This document shows positions 59,533-64,000 of a stretch of DNA of 64,000 bases, piece after piece (position 1 is the first letter of the stretch; the number at the start of each line of letters is the position of its first letter). Source of the DNA: Candidatus Poribacteria bacterium. Its GTDB lineage: Bacteria; Poribacteria; WGA-4E; PCPOR2b. A program made the translations under genes and the position numbers. Where the stretch lies: the NCBI GenBank assembly GCA_965208675.1, contig OZ242351.1:3136001-3200000 (forward strand). The letters run 5' to 3'. The notes below the pieces were generated by a model, which saw only the letters and a list, made by a program, of their open reading frames with translations, ran no database searches and had not been told where the DNA came from.

Positions 59533-61485
59533 TTGGAATATATGGACAGCGTGGAGCAATTGATACGCGTACTAGATGATGAAGATGAATCTGTCCGCAT
59601 AAACGCGGCGATTGATTTGGCGAAACGAGGCAACCCCGCCGCGATACCTGTTCTGATAGAGACGTTGGGACATGAGAGTCAAGCCATTCGTTTTCGATGG
59701 GTACGGCAGGCGTTTGAGAAACTGGGCATACAGGCTGTGCCTCCGTTGATGGACGCCCTTACGGAGAGGGAAAGTCTAGTCCGGGTCAGTGCCGCCTATG
59801 TACTATATTGCCTTGATGACACCAAGATTGATGCTGTTGTTCCGGTTTTGGCGAATGCGCTATCTGATGCGAACGAAGCCGTTCGATGCGAAGCAGCGCA
59901 GACGCTGGGAGAGATTGGTAATCCCGCTCGGGCGGCTGTCCCGGCGTTGATTCGGATGCTAAACAATAGGTGTGAATCGGCTGAAGATTCGCGTCCCATT
60001 TGGTTTACAAGCAGCGACTGCAGCGCAGCTGCCTTTGCGTTAGCGGCGATCGGTGAACCGGTTTCCGACGTTGTATCGGCATTGGTCGGCGTCTTAGGGC
60101 GCAGCAATGTCACCAGTGATCGCCTTCAATGGAGTATAGCTGGAGCACTGCGCATCATCGGCGTACCGGCTGGCGTTGCGGTGCCTCTGTTGATGAAGGT
60201 ATTCCGGGATAACCGAAAATCTGCTCATGTTCGCGTCCAGGCAGCCTATACGCTGGCTGCAATCGGTGAGATAGACAGTGATATTGCGCCTCTTTTAATA
60301 GAGAGGCTACAGGACAGGGATTGGTGGATTCGACTCTGTAGCGCCAGATTGTTAGGAGAATTGGCTGAATCGCCTAAACCTCCCGTGCCGGAATGGCTAG
60401 AGAATGCCTGGGGGGAATGGGTGCTGCGCCCCTATTTTACTCAGGAATTGGGTACGCTGACTAATCCCACAAAAACGGCGGTCCCCGCACTGATGCAAGC
60501 CTTAGCTGATGATAGCCATCATGTGCGCCGAATGGCTGCCTACGCCTTAGCAAAAGTGGGCAATCAGGCTGAAGCAGCGGTGCCCGCCTTGATCAAAACT
60601 ATGAAAACAGAAGATGTGGGTGGCGTTGCCGCAGAAGCACTAGTTAAAATCGGTCAACCGGCATTGTCCGCGTTGATATACGCAGCCAGTGATGCGGATG
60701 AGATACTCCGTCGCCATGCGCTTTACGCGCTGAAAAAGATGGATTCCCCGGAAGCCCAAAAAGCGATAGCAGAAACGGAAACAGAGTCGCCGATTCCGTC
60801 GTTTCCAACCGCATCCGATTTCAAGCCAGCGCAACTCGACCTGTACTTAGATGATGAAAAGGTCCAGGCATTTGAATATATGTACCAATCAACTCTCGAC
60901 CGCGGCATTGGGAGCGCTATCGACTACAACCTCGTCTACCCGAAACATGAATTTCTGACTTACCTCGTCGAGCATAAGAACGTCGTGTTGCACGGGTCGA
61001 GCCAAGCCGATATTGAGGATTTCCTGCCAATACGAAAGGGGTTCGAGACAGAGGAGGACAAAGACACCAATTTTGTGTATGCAGCCCCTGATGCCATCCT
61101 CACCACTTACTTCGCTAGTTGTGACCGCGCTAAAATCGCAATTACAAATAATGGGTACTCCACGGAGAAGGACGCTTCCGGTAGAAATCGCCGATTTTAC
61201 CTTCTGGCGATAGGTATCGATTCGGACCGCCAAAACCCTTGGTCAGATGGCACGGTTTATATTCTTCCCCGCGATTCTTTTGTAAAAATATATGAATGGG
61301 AATGGGTGAGCAAAGTTCCCGTCCAACCTCTGGCGAGATTGCCGGTCTGCCGCGAAGATATCCCTTTCGCCGTTTGGAGAAAGGAATGGCGGCAACCTCA
61401 GTTATCTATGCGTGAAACTGATTTCCCTTTCCTTGAGGCAGTGCAAATTTATCCAATCCGCCCAAGACATTTTCATTCGGAGTAA
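59533..61485 (+). CDS. HEAT-repeat protein with C-terminal putative ADP-ribosyltransferase-fold domain
   Basis: VRxxAAxxLxxIG..AVPAL repeats to about aa 410; C-terminal VLHGS..VYAA..YFA..GTVYILP..EWVS. Confidence 0.75.
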   Translation: MEYMDSVEQLIRVLDDEDESVRINAAIDLAKRGNPAAIPVLIETLGHESQAIRFRWVRQAFEKLGIQAVPPLMDALTERESLVRVSAAYVLYCLDDTKIDAVVPVLANALSDANEAVRCEAAQTLGEIGNPARAAVPALIRMLNNRCESAEDSRPIWFTSSDCSAAAFALAAIGEPVSDVVSALVGVLGRSNVTSDRLQWSIAGALRIIGVPAGVAVPLLMKVFRDNRKSAHVRVQAAYTLAAIGEIDSDIAPLLIERLQDRDWWIRLCSARLLGELAESPKPPVPEWLENAWGEWVLRPYFTQELGTLTNPTKTAVPALMQALADDSHHVRRMAAYALAKVGNQAEAAVPALIKTMKTEDVGGVAAEALVKIGQPALSALIYAASDADEILRRHALYALKKMDSPEAQKAIAETETESPIPSFPTASDFKPAQLDLYLDDEKVQAFEYMYQSTLDRGIGSAIDYNLVYPKHEFLTYLVEHKNVVLHGSSQADIEDFLPIRKGFETEEDKDTNFVYAAPDAILTTYFASCDRAKIAITNNGYSTEKDASGRNRRFYLLAIGIDSDRQNPWSDGTVYILPRDSFVKIYEWEWVSKVPVQPLARLPVCREDIPFAVWRKEWRQPQLSMRETDFPFLEAVQIYPIRPRHFHSE

Positions 61486-61784
61486 AGTCGAGTGTCTATT
61501 GCGTTTTCAATGAATTTTGACGGAACTTTGTTCTCTCGTACGCTAATGGGTAGCGTCAAAAAAAGGAGATGTTCCTTTATTTGGTTGATTGCAAAGAAGG
61601 AAATTTATAGGAACTGGCAAACCCACAAAATCAAGCAAGCATTCGTGCTGTACTCCCTTTCGCTGACGATGAGTCGCTGATTTTGGCTGCAAAGGCGGCA
61701 CAAATCGTGCAACACCCGGCATAACCGTTTCATATAGCTACTGCAATACAGCGATAAACTCAACTGGAAGGAGTTAGAAAAATC

Positions 61785-62540
61785 ATGAACGAATTCTCGG
61801 AACAATTGGATTGGACGCTTGACGGTACGGACACCTCGGTCGTCTCTGCGGAAACCACGAACGGCGCAATCACGCTTGAATGTTCGGCGCGGGATAAAGT
61901 GATTGTTCGTGCATTCAAAAAAGTGCGTGCGTGGCCCACATTAAGCGCAAAGAGATTTGCGCAGAGAGTTCAGGTTCAGGTTGAGCAATGCGGACAAGAA
62001 ATAAAGATTTACAAAAAACACCCCAAACCGCCATGGGGCATCAGCGTCAGTGTCACCTATGAAATTCAATGCCCGTCCGCTGTTGATGTGAACGCGCATA
62101 CGAAGAACGGCAAAATCGAATTGCATGGTGATGCGAAACGTGTTCACGCGTCTAGCAAAAACGGCAAAATCAATTTGTATGGTGTCGCGGAACGCATTTA
62201 CGCTACTAACAAAAATGGCAAAATTGAAGCATCAGTTAAGCGATTAACGGATGAAGGAAAATTTGTCATTAAGAATGGCTCTATAGACGTCGAGATACGC
62301 GAAGGTGCCGCCCCCGTGACGGCAAGCTCGAAAAACGGTTCAATCAACTTGAAGCTCCCTAGTGATTGGTCCGGACAGCTAGATGCGGAAACCAGCAACG
62401 GACAGGTGCGCTCGGATTTCCCTATTCCCTTCACGTACAAATCCAAAAAGCGGTTATCTGGAAAAATTGGCGAGGGCGGGTCGGCAAATGTCAATCTGCG
62501 AACCAAAAATGGAGGCATCAACCTGAGAAAGCTTTTGTAA
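61785..62540 (+). CDS. DUF4097 beta-repeat protein, cytoplasmic paralog of the C-terminal half of 58078-59439
   Basis: EFSEQLDWTLDG start and KSKKRLSGKIGEGG end shared; no signal peptide. Confidence 0.85.
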   Translation: MNEFSEQLDWTLDGTDTSVVSAETTNGAITLECSARDKVIVRAFKKVRAWPTLSAKRFAQRVQVQVEQCGQEIKIYKKHPKPPWGISVSVTYEIQCPSAVDVNAHTKNGKIELHGDAKRVHASSKNGKINLYGVAERIYATNKNGKIEASVKRLTDEGKFVIKNGSIDVEIREGAAPVTASSKNGSINLKLPSDWSGQLDAETSNGQVRSDFPIPFTYKSKKRLSGKIGEGGSANVNLRTKNGGINLRKLL

Positions 62541-62638
62541 GTTGGGCAAAGCAGTAAACTGAACGAATAGTGATGGTCTTCCATAGTCATCTCTAGTAAA
62601 ATCCTCCCCCTTGATAAGTTTTTGTAGGTTGGGTAGAC

Positions 62639-63006
62639 CGATCAACTGAGCGAATAGCGAAGGCGATAGTTTTCTCTAAATTCCTACACCGTCACTCCGC
62701 CCGAACTTCGCCCCATTTTCGTTACGATGACCTTGACAAAACTCGCACAGCCATACCCAACGATCAACTGACCGAATAGGGAAGGCGATAGTCTTCTCCA
62801 AATTCCTACACCGTCACTCCGCCCGAACTTCGCCCCATTTTCGTTACGATGACCTTGACAAAACTCGCACAGCCATACCCAACGATCAACTGACCGAATA
62901 GGGAAGGCGATAGTCTTCTCCAAATTCCTACACCGTCACTCCGCCCGAACTTCGCCCCATTTTCGTTACGATGACCTTGACAAAACTCGCACAGCCATAC
63001 CCAACG
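62639..63006 (+). repeat. Tandem repeat, 3 x 122 bp, inside a GTAG-REP doublet
   Basis: CGATCAACTG unit starts at 62639, 62761 and 62883; units essentially identical. Confidence 0.92.
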
Positions 63007-63360
63007 CTTTTCGGTGTTCCGTAAGTTTCAAATGCGTTGGGTTTCATTCCGCGAACCCTGCAAAGCTAATCAAAGGGGATTCGGAGCGGTTATCTCCGCA
63101 AGAACGGTTTTGGAATTGTCGCTCTACCCAACCTACGAATACTGGGCCGAAATTGAGGAAATTGGGGTATCAGACATCTGAACTCCTCCTTAAGATTTTG
63201 CACAAGCATAACCTAATTTCCTCTCATGTCAAATCCCAAATTCAGATGTGTTTCACTTGGATTCCGTTTTTTCAAAAATGCTCCATGAGAAACCTACAGA
63301 AAAATGCCTTTCCAATGAACAATTCCCTGTTTTCTCCGTATTATTGGTAGAGAGGGGGAA

Positions 63361-63963
63361 TTGGTGTCAGACAGTGGAGCACATGAACTTTTTGAGAAAG
63401 CTAAAACGGGGAATAACGCAGCATTCGATCGATTGCAAGAAACACTGGATGCCTCGGTTAGGCGTTTTGTCCGTAGACTAGTTGGGATCAGCGATGCGGA
63501 AGATGATATTGTGCAGGACGCATTTCTGGCACTCTACATGAACCTTGAGCGACTCGAATCGAGTGGGCACCTGCGTCCTTTCCTCTTCCGTGTCGTCCGT
63601 AACTGCTGTTACGACACGCTTCGACATCAGGGACGTTTTCAGTTTGTCCCTCTAGACGTAGACTCCAAAGATTCGGCTGTCGACCTCTCGTTCCTCGCCG
63701 ATCTCCGCAAACAACCCGACGAGGAATTGCACTGGAAACTACTCCACGCTGAGGTACAGAAAGCGATTGACCGCCTGCCGGAAGTTCAACGCCAGGCAAT
63801 GATTCTTTACTGTGAAGAAGATTTGACTTATACACAAATTGCGGAAGCGATGGCAACCGATATCGGTACCGTCAAATCCAGAATTTTCTACGGCAGGAAA
63901 AACCTGCGAAAACTGCTCAAGCCTGAAATCCTTGAGGCGTTAGGCATTGAAAAGGAGACTTAA
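63361..63963 (+). CDS. ECF sigma-70 factor
   Basis: DAEDDIVQDAFL..FLFRVVRN; region 4 LPEVQRQA..LTYTQIAEAM..GTVKSRI. Confidence 0.92.
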   Translation: MVSDSGAHELFEKAKTGNNAAFDRLQETLDASVRRFVRRLVGISDAEDDIVQDAFLALYMNLERLESSGHLRPFLFRVVRNCCYDTLRHQGRFQFVPLDVDSKDSAVDLSFLADLRKQPDEELHWKLLHAEVQKAIDRLPEVQRQAMILYCEEDLTYTQIAEAMATDIGTVKSRIFYGRKNLRKLLKPEILEALGIEKET

Positions 63964-63965
63964 AA

Positions 63966-64000
63966 ATGGCTGAAACGGTAGATCTCCGCGCTCTAATCTC
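63966..64000 (+). CDS. Start of the next CDS (truncated; possibly an anti-sigma or partner gene)
   Basis: RBS AAGGAG, ATG GCT GAA ACG... open to the window end. Confidence 0.5.
   Translation, partial: MAETVDLRALI

Noticed and set aside
62639-63006. Possible CRISPR array (33-bp repeat with regular spacing)
   Set aside because: The intervening ~89-bp segments are identical rather than unique spacers, there are no cas genes, and the repeat is dispersed elsewhere

Overview
64 kb of bacterial chromosome whose gene content (WD40/TPR/HEAT/TolB-like repeat proteins, LamG, PhyH dioxygenase, CRTAC1/ASPIC protein, paired BMC vertex genes, C-terminal QNYPNPFNPETWIP domains) is typical of Candidatus Poribacteria-like sponge symbionts. 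The taxonomy is an inference. I saw no rRNA, tRNA, CRISPR array, integrase or intact transposase. Layout: (1) 1-16.3 kb is a segmentally duplicated minus-strand region. It carries four copies of a sigma-54 cassette (-24/-12 promoter, conserved 5'-leader hairpin, shared N-terminal membrane anchor; three copies also keep upstream enhancer boxes and IHF-like sites). These drive different secreted cargoes and are interleaved with duplicated WD40 and double-VWA genes. (2) 16.7-27.7 kb holds phoX and a porin, lpdA with a fused E1, and a glycosyltransferase with a radical SAM enzyme. (3) 29-32 kb is an AT-richer islet with an HsdR_N-type nuclease. (4) 34-43.6 kb is an array of eight secreted TolB-like propellers with a shared C-terminal motif and one hypervariable loop. 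(5) 44-64 kb has mixed genes (ppx, BMC vertices, rhomboid, haem-c porin, XRE/IrrE, folD, DUF4097 pair, HEAT protein with an ART-like domain, ECF sigma). Intergenic DNA contains several repeat families, including a ~33-bp strand-biased hairpin motif (~15 copies) with clear compensatory base changes. All family assignments come from reading motifs by eye; no database searches were run.
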